Assembly (NCBI RefSeq): GCF_000143415.4
Contig: NW_003314356.1
Location: forward strand, 310,001 to 374,000
Reading direction: 5' to 3'
Source of the DNA: Selaginella moellendorffii
Lineage: Eukaryota; Plantae; Lycopodiophyta
DNA: 64,000 bases
Below the pieces are notes generated by a model. The model saw nothing but the letters and a program-made list of their open reading frames with translations. It was not told the DNA's origin and did no database searches. The position numbers were made by a program, and so were the translations under genes. Shown one piece after another: positions 10,726-22,619 of this stretch; the first letter of the stretch is position 1, and each line of letters begins with the position of its first letter.

Positions 10726-12526
10726 TGTAAGCGACTAAATTTTCCATTCTACTTTAGTCACTTAACCACACCTCTGACCACTTGGAGGAGTCTCATTCAC
10801 AACCTCCATAAGTCCAATCCAGGACTTGGGACTTGCTAGCCCCGAGAATGGCATCCATGCCACTCAACATTTGCACTTGGTCCAAGTGCTCCATGTGTCC
10901 AATCCCATGACCGACACTCAAAGGTACCACCGACATAGCAGCCCGTTACGCTAAGGCCATGCCCAATCACCTTTGCTACACTAGTAATCCAATACCACTT
11001 GCATCACCGTCTTGGCTCTCCAAGACTAGGCAAACCATCCGTGAGTGGTCACCTCAGATCCACTCCTTAGCATCCTTAGGATGCCCACCGACAAGGGGAA
11101 TAGCCTTCCCCAATATCCCTCTGTCAGTCCCCACTAAGTCCCTTTCTGCCCTTGGCCGTGTTTGCCAACACTGCCACTGGATCAAGACCCACAGGCCCGA
11201 CCACTAAGTCCCACGGTCCTCTAGGACTTCCTCACCACACGACTGTGTCCTTGGTCACTACCCCAGAGGACGGCTCCTCTTCCTTTCCACAATCTGGGCC
11301 TTTGGGACAACATTTCGGAACACCGTGGCCTTACGCGAGCCACCTGGGTACTCTCCTCGCCTTCTGCCCTTGGGTGCTCTAGCCATGGGCTTAGAGCGGG
11401 TTCCGTTGAGCCACACCAGGTATCCAAGTAGGTAGTGCCACCCACACTTGGACTGGGAGCATCGGCCAGTCGATCTCCCGGGGGAACTAGAGCCGGCTCT
11501 TGAACACTTCACCAAGCTACCCTGCTTGTCGGTCTGTGTTCACTCTAGTCTTGGACTTCCCAGTGGGCAGCTCATCACCCAACACTGGGTCCGGCCTTCC
11601 TGGGCCAAACTGGCCTTTCCTGGCCAAACTGGCTCCACTGCAGTCCTCCCCCTACTATACTTTTGGAGCTCACCAAACCCCCCAGGGTCTGGGAGACGAA
11701 CGCTTTGGGCTTTCACCCTCTCAGGCTCCGGACTCGGACTCGGAGTCGGACTCGAACTCGGACTCGGACTCGGACTTGGACTCGGATTCGGACTCGGACT
11801 CGGGCTCGGGCTCGGTCTCGGCCTCGGCCTCGGTCTCGGTCTCGGTCCCGATCTCGGTCTCGGTCTCGATCTCGGTCCCGGTCTCGGTCTCGACTTCGGA
11901 CTCTATCTCGGACTCCATCTCGGACTCCATCTCGGGTCCATCTTGGGTCCATCTCGGACTGCATCTCGGACTCCATCTCGGGTCCATCTCGGACTCCATC
12001 TCGGACTCCATTTCGGGTCCATCTCGGGTCCACCTCGGACTCCATCTCGGACTCCATCTCGGGTCCATCTCGGACTCCATCTCGGACTCCATTTTGGGTC
12101 CATCTCGGGTCCACCTCGGACTCCATCTCGGACTCCATTTCGGGTCCATCTTGGGTCCACCTTGGACTCCATCTCGGACTCCATCTCGGGTCCATCTCGG
12201 GTCCACCTCGGACTCCATTTCGGACTCCACTTCGGACTCCAACTCGGGTCCATCTCGGACTCCACTTCGGACTCCAACTCGAGTCCATCTCGGACACTCC
12301 CACGTGTCATGTGTTGGTCCTTTTGGGTCCCTTTTTGGAGCCTCGCCTTTTGCTTGCTTCGTGCTCGTTCCTCGAGCACTTCGTTGGGAGTTCCACTCCC
12401 GCTCTTGACTTTTCAAGTCGGAGCTTTTGGTCCAAACGTGTTACGCTCGTTTGGCTCTCGCTTCGGCCACTACCATGTGGCGCCCTTCCGGCTCCACTTT
12501 GGGGCCTAGGGATTTTGTGTCTCACA
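10726..12526 (-). mobile_element. Solo LTR of family B nested in the 3' UTR of family A
   Basis: TG...CA ends, TSD GTAGG (10721-10725 and 12527-12531), homologous to 17093-19356. Confidence 0.92.
11727..12296. repeat. CpG-rich LTR minisatellite (6/12-nt units such as GGACTC and CTCGGACTCCAT)
   Basis: Visible tandem units that create open low-complexity ORFs in all frames. Related arrays at 4533-4750, 12670-12950, 18088-18480 and 21735-22090. Confidence 0.9.
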
Positions 12527-12572
12527 GTAGGATAAAACGAGACGTTCGATGTGGGCATTGAACTTCTTCTAT

Positions 12573-12583
12573 GGGTGGTGGAG
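12573..12583 (+). promoter_or_regulatory. Polypurine-tract-like plus-strand primer site of family A
   Basis: GGGTGGTGGAG just before the 3' LTR; identical tract precedes the family B LTR at about 3198-3208 (minus). Confidence 0.75.
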
Positions 12584-12584
12584 T

Positions 12585-13746
12585 TGTAAGGAACCAACTC
12601 GCCGAGGTGTCGTAGGCTAAAGGAACCCCGAAAGCATGACCAAAATTACAAAGAGTTCATCGGATGAGACCAAGTCGAAGATCGAGTCCAAGACCGACTC
12701 TAGGACCGAGTTCGAGATCGAGTCCGGAATCGAGTCCGAGACCGACTCGGGGACCGAGTTCGAGTCCGAGTTCGAGACGGAGTCCGAGATCCGAAATCGG
12801 GTCCGAGACCGAGTCCGAGGTCGAGTCCGAAGTCGGGTCCGAGATCGGGTCCGAGATCGGGTCCGAGATCGGGTCCGAGATCGAGTCCGAGATCGAGTCC
12901 AAAACCGAATCCGAAGTCGGATCTGAAATCGGGTCCGAGATCGAGCCAGAGACTAAGTCCAAATACTAATACGGGTCAAGGGGTGAAAGCCCAAAGCGTG
13001 CGTCTCCCAGGGGGGGGGGGGGCTGCAGGGGGTTCCAAAAGTATAGTAGGGATAGTGAGGTCCAGGAACCAGTTTTGAAGGGACTCTCCAGTTGGGCTTC
13101 CAAACCGACTTGAGGTTGAGACTGGGACCGAGGGGCCTTGGGTGGGAGTGAGCATGGACTTGGCTGGTGCCGGAGGGGCCATCCAAGGAAGTGCTCAAGA
13201 GCAGCTCCCACTCCCGAAAGGGAAACCGATTGCGGTGCTCCCGGCTCATGTGGAGTGGTGCCCCACTTGAGTACCATGCGGCTCATTGGTCCTCGCCCTC
13301 CCTAGGGGCTTGGGCCTTCCTTCGGGATGGAAGTGGGGGGTGAGAGGTACCCATACCGGGCCGCTAGGCCACGGTGTTTCGCCCCGGCATCCCGAAGCAA
13401 GTGTTGCACTCAAGACTTGGGATTTAGAGGGTCCCATGATCAAGTCTTGTGGTACCAAGGGATGTTAGGAACCTGGAAGCTTGGTGTGCTTGGCTGCTTG
13501 TGCTTGCGGGGAGTGTAGCCGAACCTTAAGTCCAGTCTAACCCGGGGAGGGGGATTGGGAGTGATTTGGGAATCCATGGAAGGATGGCTAACACTCCGTT
13601 GCTCGTGCAGTGAGTAACTAAAACCAAGTAGGAGCTGGTACCATAGGCGAGAACCTTGGCAAGGGAACTTAGCAAAAGCCAAGGCAGTGTTGGACGGATA
13701 GACGAGGTAAGCTGGCAAATTGGAAAGGAAAAATTTGTGGCTTACA
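12585..13746 (+). repeat. 3' LTR of family A (1162 bp)
   Basis: TGTAAGGAACC...GGCTTACA followed by TSD TCATT. Confidence 0.95.
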
Positions 13747-16700
13747 TCATTGTCGAGTAGTCTCAGATTCCATTGACATAACCTTGCACTTTGGAACTTT
13801 TAGTTTTGACTTCTCAGAGTCAATTTCCTAGGTGTCTTCGACACCTTATGTTGCACATGGTGCAACTCCACTTCTCTATCCTAGGAAGTTTTTTACTTGA
13901 GGATACCATCATCCTCTCTCCGATATCGTGCCACCTTTGACACTAAGTTTCAGTTATCATAATTGGTGCTAAGGCTGCCCACAGCCCTATTATTTGGCTA
14001 CGTTACCACTCCCCCCTTTGGAGCATCCACTTGACCAAGCCACACCATTATCAATAGTTCAAATCAACACTTTGAACTAGGAATCATATTCCTTAACCCA
14101 AACAAAGACCTTGTCCTTGTTTAGCCACAAGATCACCTGGTGATCTCATCTTGACCCCTTAATAGGTCTACCCATAGGAACCAGGTCTTCTAGACCCCTC
14201 CATGTTGTTGACTATGACCCCGGGGGCATCCCCCACACTTGGCAGTGCGCCCAAGCCAACCCTTCCGACCAAGGATCCATAGCAACTGAGACTGGGTGTC
14301 CCCATCTCATTCACCATGTCCTTGGTGCCCTTTGCACCAAAATGTTCAAGTTAGATATGCCGAGCTTTCACTCTAAGCAATCTAACGGTGCATCACGACT
14401 CCGAGGCATCCCTCGCTTGGCGGTGTGCCCAAACCAGTCTCCTCACTGAGAGTCCATGACCACCGAAAAATGAGTGTCCTCATATTCCAAACCATCACCA
14501 CGCCCTAGTGATTTGGGACTCGAACCCAAGCACTAGAGGGTCGGGACTTGAACCCAACCTCCGTATATGCATATACAAATGGCATCACACTAGATGCCTA
14601 GCGTGATTCCCCACGCCGGTGCACCAATTTATATTTAAAGCACGTTATAGATCACAGCATAGGAACCTAGTTCCTCTACACTGCCAAGTTCTCTCGCTTG
14701 ACAAGTCTGTGATCATGCATGGACTCCTCCATGCTCGGCCCCATGGCCCACCCTTTTTTAAGTTATCACCTTCAACTAGGGCATTTATTCCCCTGACTTG
14801 CCAATCTCGCTTGGCAAGTCCTCCGACCATTGTAACATGGTTCCTGCATAAGCGTGAAAGTTCTTGGCCATCGACTTTCATTCAAAGCCCTCTCTTTGAA
14901 CACTCGGGAACTACTTCCCTAACCTTGATAGCTTTGCCTCATTGCAAGCTTCAAGCCCACGCTTTTACTGCGCCACTCTGATTTTACGCATTTCATGAAC
15001 CATTTACACTTAGCCTTTCTAGGTACTAAGCTACTTAAAATCGTCTTTGGGAACCTTGAAGGAACTCTGTCCCTTAGCTTGCTAAGGCCTCCCTTTTTGC
15101 AAGCTTTATAGTTGCTATATAGTCTAACATGGACAATTCTATATTTTAGACTCTCCATGGCATCACGGTCGCTAGCAACAACATCCTCGAGCACCCTCTT
15201 GATTCTCCACTCCCAACTTGCATAACCACCGTTGGATATGCCTTTCGATTTCTATGGTTCAGTTCCATCCCAATACTATGTGCCTTTTGGCCGCATATGT
15301 TTCCTTTGGTTATTCTCCTCCAGACTAGGAGGATAGCTTTGCACATTTTACTATGCCTTAGCAAGTATTCTTAAAGATGAACCTACCCGATAGCCTAGGG
15401 AGTGGTTCCTCAATCTTGGGCATGCTCACCTTATAATCCCACACATTGGGATTAACATTGCTGCTTATGGGCCCTTACATGCACATCACTAGCCTTGCCA
15501 AAATTCCATTTTTGGCTTTGTCCAATTTGGGTAGACAGTCTTCTATTGTCTCCACAACCTTGGACATTTGGATAGCACCTACTATCCATCATTCGCTAGG
15601 GATTTAATCCCTTGGGCCTTATCTATTGGCCTTGCGACACGAAACACCACCTTCTGGTGTTCTAGAGTGTTTGGGTGTCCCAATGATGGCCTTCTGACAA
15701 TGAGCATTCCCGTTTACGACATTGACTTACTATATCGCAATATAAGCAATTTATCCCCCATAAGGGTATATCTAACTTCCTTATGCCATTAAGAAGCCTT
15801 GGGTAGCTACCTTCTACCCATTTGCTTGCACCTCTTGCTTAGTTGCCCCATAGTTGTCAAGTCCTACAACTCATTGCTTGGTGCTTCCACACCTCCATCA
15901 TTATCTGGGTCACCACACTCCAACCGCATGCCTTCCAGCTTAGGCCATGCCATTCCCGCTTCTGTTGGGATTCCCTTGGCAAAGGGTTCTTATGAACCCA
16001 CCATCATAACCTCTAGGTATCACACCTTGGCACATTTGATGTCTCCACACCATCGGCCCCACGAGCCTACCCTTATGACACTACTTATTAGTGTCTAGGT
16101 CTTTGCCAAGACTAATATGAGTTGTTCCTCATGCTAACTATCCGTTAGCACCGCACCATAGTGTTTGCACCCAGCTCTGGGCCAAAGTTGCTTTCTTTTG
16201 GGAACATCTTTCCCACAACTTTAGTATGGCACATTCTGCCATCAATGAGATACCTACTGTTCTCATACTTGGATCTTATGATCCCCCCCATACCTCATGG
16301 GGCACCATACACCTCAGTCCAAATGCTCCAACCAATCCCTTAGAACCATTCCCTGACTCCGCTTAAGTCATCCAGCATTTTGGACTTTGCTAATCCAACA
16401 ACCTGCGAGGTCTCAGTCTTAGAGGTGCCAACTTACTGGAATACAACTTCTTGTATTCATGTCCTACTCACAAGGACAATCTTTGCAAGTGTTACTCTAA
16501 CACTTGATGATTTTCTTGGGGCTAACCTTTGCCCCTTAGGACTACTTGTCCATGTGATGAGAATAGCAACTCGTCTTTAAGTACACCCCCAACTCCTTGG
16601 GTTGTTCCAGCATTTATTAGAGGTAGTCCGGCTACCATTTCAAGGACTGGTGTCCTCTTCTGTATTTGACCTCCCACGGTCAACAATTCCAGTCTCAAAT

Positions 16701-17092
16701 TTATGAGTACCAGCCTCAACCATATAAGGGTAATCTTGTGACTCCTTTATTGTTTTGGAGTCTTCATCTTTCCCGTGATCCCAACTATAGTTGTTTACCA
16801 CAACTACATTAGCTCGTTTACTATGTCAAACGCTCATCTGGATCACATCCTCAGCTCTCTGAGGAAACCCTTATATTGTTCCCAAGATCCCAAAGTCATT
16901 CCCTTACTGGCCCTCTTCCATCCACCACATTGTGCACAAGTTCACACATGAACTTGAGCGGAGAGCCATGTCCTTTCGACGTGCTACTCCTCGAGGATAG
17001 GTCCATATCTAGGACCTTCCAACTCCAATACAAGTGGTGATATGCTTGGCCACCAATAAGAGTCGGACTAAGGAACAGCTCCAATACCAAGT

Positions 17093-19356
17093 TGTAAGCG
17101 ACTAAATTTTCCATTCTACTTTAGTCACTTAACCACACCTCCAACCACTTGGAGGAGTCTCACTCACAACCTCCATAAGTCCTATTTTAAACTTGGGCTT
17201 GCCAGTCCCAAGAATGGCATCCCTGCCACTCAACCTTTGCACTTGATCCTAGTGCTCCACGTGTCCGATCCCAGTACCGACACCCCAAGGTACCACCGAC
17301 ATATCAGCCCGTTACGCTAAGGCCATGCCCCTTTACTTTGGTCACACCAGTGGTCTACCACCTACATCACAGTCCCATCTCTCAAGGACTGAGCCATCCG
17401 TCCATGAGTGATCATTCCAGATCCACTCCTTAGCATCCTTAGGATGCCCACAGACATGGGGAATTGCCTTCCCCAATATCCCTTTTTTTAGTTTTCACCA
17501 AGTCCCTTTTTGCCTATAGCCGTGTTTGCCAACACTGCCACTGGATCAAGGCCCACAGGCCCGACCACTAAGTCCCACGGTCCTCTGGGACTTCCTCACC
17601 ACTCGGCTGTATCCTTGGTCACTACACCAGAGGACTACTCCTCTTCCTTTCCACAGTCTGGGCCTTAGGGACAACAATTCGGAACGCCATGGCCCTATGC
17701 GGGCCTCATGGGTACTCTCCCCACCTTCCACCTTTGGGTGCTCTAGCCATGGGCTTAGAGCGAAGTTCCGTTGAGCCACGACAGGTATCCAAGTAGGTAG
17801 TGCCACCCACACTTGGACTGGGAGCATCGGCCAGTCGATCTCCCGGGGGAACTAGAGCCGGCTCTTGAACACTTCACCAAGCTACCCCGCTTGTCGGTCC
17901 GTGTTCACTCTAGTCTTGGACTTCCCAGTGGTCAGCTCATCACCCAACACTGGGTGCAACCTCTCTGGGCCAAACTAGCCTTTCCTGGCCAAACTGGCTC
18001 CACTGCAGTCCTCCCCCTACTATACTTTTGGAGCTCACCAAACTCCCCAAGGTCTGGGAGACAAACGCTTTGGGCTTTCACCCTCTCAGACTCGAACTCG
18101 GACTCGGACTCAGCCTCGGTCCCGATCTCGGTCTCGGTCTCGGTCTCGGTCTCGGGTCCTTCTCGGACTCCATCTCGGATTCCATCTCGGGTCCATCTCG
18201 GACTCCATCTCAGACTCCGTCTCGGTCCATCTCGGACTCCATCTCGGACTCCGTCTCGGTCCAGCTCGGACTCCATCTCGGACTCCATCTCGGACTCCGT
18301 CTCGGTCCACCTCGAACTCCATCTCGAACTCCATCTCGGACTCCGTCTCGGTCCACCTTGGACTCCATCTCGGACTCCATCTCGGACTCCATCTCGGGCT
18401 CCACTTCGGACTCCATCTCAGGTCCATCTCGAGCTCTACTTTGGGTCCATCTCAGACTCCACTTCGGGTCCACCTCGGACACTTCCATGTGTCATATGTT
18501 GGTCCTTTTGGGTCCCTTTTTGGAGCCTCGCTTATTGCTCGCTTCATGCTCGTTCCTTGAACACTCCGTTGGGAGTTCCACTCCCGCTCTCAACCTCTCA
18601 AGTCGGAGCCTTTTAGTCCAAACGTGTTACGCTCGTTTGGCTTTTGCTTCAGCCACTACCACGTGGCACCCTTTCGGTGCAACGTGTATGTACATTTCTC
18701 CAAGTCCCTTAGGGATCAAAACAACATTGAGAGCGCACTCTCGAAGAAACTAGTGAAACTATGAGCGCGAATGCCCGGCGCTGCTCTTGGGCCGTCCACC
18801 TCCCAAGTGACTCCACTGCGGAGCTTGAAGCCACCTGCTTCGCCTCGCCACTCCTCCACTCGGTCACAATGATGTCAAGCCGGACGAACACCATGTCGAT
18901 CTAGCTCGACGTCGTCGCAGCCAAGCAGTCCAACTCGAGCACGATGACCCGGCATCGCTCATGGGTCACTCGCCTCCAAGGTGATTCCACTGCACAAGCT
19001 GAAACCACCTGTTACGCCCCAAGACGTGATGCTGTGTCTTGGAGCGCCTACCTCCCCAGTGTACTTCCAGCACTAAGTCGGTGCCCATTGCGAACAAACT
19101 CCAAGGCGTAGAACAAGCAAGGTGTGAGCCTCCTCCAGCTCTAGACTAGAGCGTGCTACCTTGCCTCCCACACTAGACAAGTGCGCTGGCCCCCTTCAAT
19201 GATATACGAGCCCCCGTTGCCGGCATCGCGACAATCACAAGACTTGCAAGCCTCCGCGAACCTCCTCAAAGGACTAGCCCTGAAGCAAGAACCATGTGGG
19301 ATCCACGTGGCACCCTTTCGGCTCCACTTTGGGGCCTAGGGATTTTGTGTCTCACA
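17093..19356 (-). repeat. 5' LTR of family B element (contains insertion 18678-19302)
   Basis: Same termini as the solo LTR 10726-12526; adjacent PBS-like sequence. Confidence 0.88.
18678..19302 (-). mobile_element. Unclassified retroposed insertion, copy 2 (shorter)
   Basis: Near-identical to 3629-4253; flanked by the direct repeat CCACGTGGCACCCTTTCGG (18659-18677 and 19303-19321). Confidence 0.75.
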
Positions 19357-22340
19357 CAGAAACCTTATTTTTTAACCTAGCATGGACCTTGTCCTTGTTT
19401 AGCTATAGGATCACCTAATGATTTCGCTTTGACACCTTAACAAGTTTGCCAATAAGTACTAGGTCTTCCAAAACTTTAAGTTGTTGACTATAACCTCAGA
19501 GGCATCCCTCACACTTGGCAGTGTGCCTAAGCTAGCCCTTCTGGCCAAGGTCTATACCAACTAAGACTGGGTGTCCCCATCTCATTTACCACGTCCTACT
19601 TGCACCAAAGTGTTCAAGTTAGATATATTAAGCTTTCACATTAAATAATTTAACCGTGCATCATGACTTCAGGGCATCCCTCACTTGGTAGTGTGCCCAA
19701 GCCAGTCTCCTCACTGAGAGTCCATGACCACCAAAAAATGAGTGTCCTCATATTCCAAACCATCACCACACTCTAGTGAGTTGGGCCTCAAACCCAAGCA
19801 CTAAAGGGTTGGGACTCGAACCCAACTTTTGTATATGCATTTACAGACAGTATCACCCAGGATGCCTGACATGACTCCCCACGTTGGTGCACAAATTTAT
19901 ATTTAAAGCATGCTACAGATTACAGCTTAAAAACGTAGTTCCTTTAAATTGCCAAGTCCCCTCACTTGACAAGTCTGTGATTATGTATGAACTCCTCTAT
20001 GCTTGGCTCCATAAGCCACTTTGTTTTGAAGTTAACATCTTCAACTAGAGTCTTTGTTCCCCCCGACTTGCCAATCTCACTTAACAAGTCACCTAACTAG
20101 CGTAACATGGTTTTCTGCATAAACGTGAAAGTCTTTAACCATTGACTTTCATTTAAACCATCTCTTTGAACACTCAGAGACTACTTCCCCAACTCTGATA
20201 GCCTCGCTTCATGGTAAGCTTCAAGACCACGCTTCTACTATGCCATTCTAATTTTGCACATTGTATGAACCATTTACACTTGTCTTTCTAGGTACTAACT
20301 TACCTAGAATTGTCTTTACAAACTTTAAAGGGACTTTGTCCCTTAACTTGCTAATGCCTCTTCTTTTGCAAGCTTTATAATTGTCATATGGTCTAACATG
20401 GACAATTCTATACTTTATACTCTTCATGGCATCATAGTTGCTAATAGTAACATATTCAAACACCCACTGGATTTTCCACTCCTAACTTGTATAATCACCT
20501 TTAATTATGCTCTTCGATTCCTATGGTTCAAATCTATCCCTTTACTACTTGCTTTTTGGCCTTATGCTTTTCCTTTAGTTATTCTCCTTCTTTCTAGGAT
20601 GGTAGTTTTGCACTTTTTACCATGCCTTAACAAATATTCTTATGGATGAATTTACTCAATAATTTAGGGAGTGGTTCTTCAATCTAGATATGCTCACTAT
20701 GTAATCCCACATACCAGAATTAATGTTGCTACGCATGAGCCTCATTATGCCCATTGCTAGCCATGCCAAAATCCTTTTTTGGTTTTGTCCAATTTGGATA
20801 GATAAATTTCTCTCATCCCTGCAACATTGAACATTAGATAGCACCTACTATCCATCATTCACTAGAGACTTGGTCCCTTAGGCCTTATCTAATGCCCTCA
20901 TAATACCAAACACCACTTCTTGGTGTTTTAGAGTGTTTAGGTGACCTAAAGGTATCATTGACATATCAACCTATTACATTAAGGCCCATGCTCATTCACC
21001 CTTGTCACATCGGTAGTCCAAGACCACCTGCATCACAGTTCTATCTTTCAAAAACTAGGCCATCCATCCATGATTGGTCATCCCTTGACCACACATTAAC
21101 ACCATTAGAATGCCTAAGATATGGCAAACACCCTTCTTCAATGTCCCTTCTTCCATTCCCACCAAGTCCCTTTCCATCCACAGCTATGCTCACTAACACT
21201 TCCACTGGGTCAAGGCCCAAAGGCCCAACCACTAAGTCCTATTGACATTTGGGACTTCCTCACCATGTGACTGTATCCTTGGTCACTATACCAGAGGACT
21301 ACTCTTCCTTGACTTTGGGATGACATTTTGGAACACTGTGGCCCTACACGAGTCTCGTGAGTACTCTCCCCACCTTTTGCATTTGGGTGCCCTAGCCATG
21401 TGGCTAGAGTGAGGTTCCGATGAGCCACACCAAGTATCCAAGTAGGTAGTGCCACCCACACTTGGATTGGGAGCATCGACCATTCAATATCCCAAGGGAG
21501 CCAAAGCTGGCTCTTGAACACTTCACCAAACTACCCCACTTTTCTGTCCATATTCACTTTAGCTTTGGACTCCCCAATGGATATATCATCACCCAACACA
21601 TAGGTATAGTCTTCTTTGGTCACATTGGCCTTTTCTAGCCAAACTGGCTCCACTAGAGTTCTCCCTCTATTATACTTTTGGAGCTCACCAAACCCCCTAG
21701 GGTCTAGGAGATGATTGCTTTAAGCTTTCACCCATGGTCTCAAACTTGGTCTCAGACTCGGTATCAGATTTGATCTTGGACTCAATCTTAGTCTTGGTCT
21801 CGATCTTGGTCTTGGTCTCTTTCTTGGCCTCGACATCAGACCCCATCTCAAGTCCATCTCAGACTCGACCTCAAACTCCATTTCAAGTCCATCTCAGACT
21901 CGACCTCGAACTCCATCTCAAGTCCATCTTGAACTCCATCTCGGGTCCATCTCGGACTCCATTTTGGGTCCATCTCAGACTCCATCTTAGGTCTATCTCA
22001 GGTGTATATCAGACCCCATTTCAAACTCCATCTTGGACTCCATCTCGGATTCCTTCTCAAACTCCTTCTCAGACTCCTTTTTGGACTCGTTCCTGATACT
22101 TCCATGTGTCATGACACTTGCCATGTGTCAATCCTTCTTGTGTCCCTTTTCAAAGACTCATTCACTAATTACTTCATGCTCATTCCTCGAGCACTTTGTT
22201 TTGACTTTCACTCTCACTCTTGACTTTTCAAATCAGAGCTTTTGGTCCTAACATATTATGTTTGTTGGACTTTCACTTTGAGCACTACCATGTGGCACCC
22301 TTTCTGCTCCACATTGTGGCTTAAGGATTTGTATCTCACA
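19357..22340 (-). mobile_element. Older, degenerate family B copy (internal fragment plus partial LTR)
   Basis: 19357-20945 aligns by eye to about 14070-15680; 20950-22340 aligns to the family B LTR and ends GATTTGTATCTCACA. Heavily C>T mutated. Confidence 0.8.
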
Positions 22341-22342
22341 AT

Positions 22343-22592
22343 TGTGGCTTTCAGCTTCTATTCATAAGGGTGTGAACTTGAAGGGAAGCGTGGTGGATTG
22401 TAAACAACCAAAGAAAATGACTTGAGTGATGATCTATAAAGGTTTAAATATAGACGGAAAGGGCCCATAAATAAGAGTGCACCCTTTTTTCCAATCAATT
22501 AAAGGTGTTAGAATATTTATGGTTAATGTCTTTGGGATTGAATAATACTAGGCTGGATAACCTCTTAGAAAGTCTAAATTCATGAGCTTACA
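22343..22592 (+). mobile_element. Degenerate Cassandra TRIM remnant (end of internal region plus one LTR)
   Basis: Aligns to 44570-44819; a further remnant lies at about 46033-46167. Confidence 0.75.
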
Positions 22593-22619
22593 GTTGTATA
22601 TACCTCATGAAGTATAACA

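Larger units (their letters stand above)
3480..13746 (+). mobile_element. Full-length Ty3/gypsy chromovirus LTR retrotransposon (family A)
   Basis: TG...CA LTRs 3480-5547 and 12585-13746; 5-bp TSD TCATT (3475-3479 and 13747-13751); PBS; PPT; gag-pol with chromodomain. Confidence 0.96.
3177..19356 (-). mobile_element. LTR element family B (no recognisable pol; LARD-like/non-autonomous), interrupted by family A insertion; 3' LTR nearly deleted
   Basis: 5' LTR 19356-17093 (TGTGAGACAC...GTCGCTTACA on minus). PBS-like TGGTATTGGAGC at 17089-17078. PPT-like ATGGGTGGTGGAGT followed by the LTR start TGTGAGACAC at about 3210-3177. Internal region 3197-3479 plus 13752-17090. Confidence 0.72.

Noticed and set aside
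11448-12535. Long RS/SD/GL-repeat ORFs (also 4344-4847, 12636-12969, 17813-18753)
   Set aside because: Products of stop-free 6/12-nt LTR minisatellites that are open in all frames.
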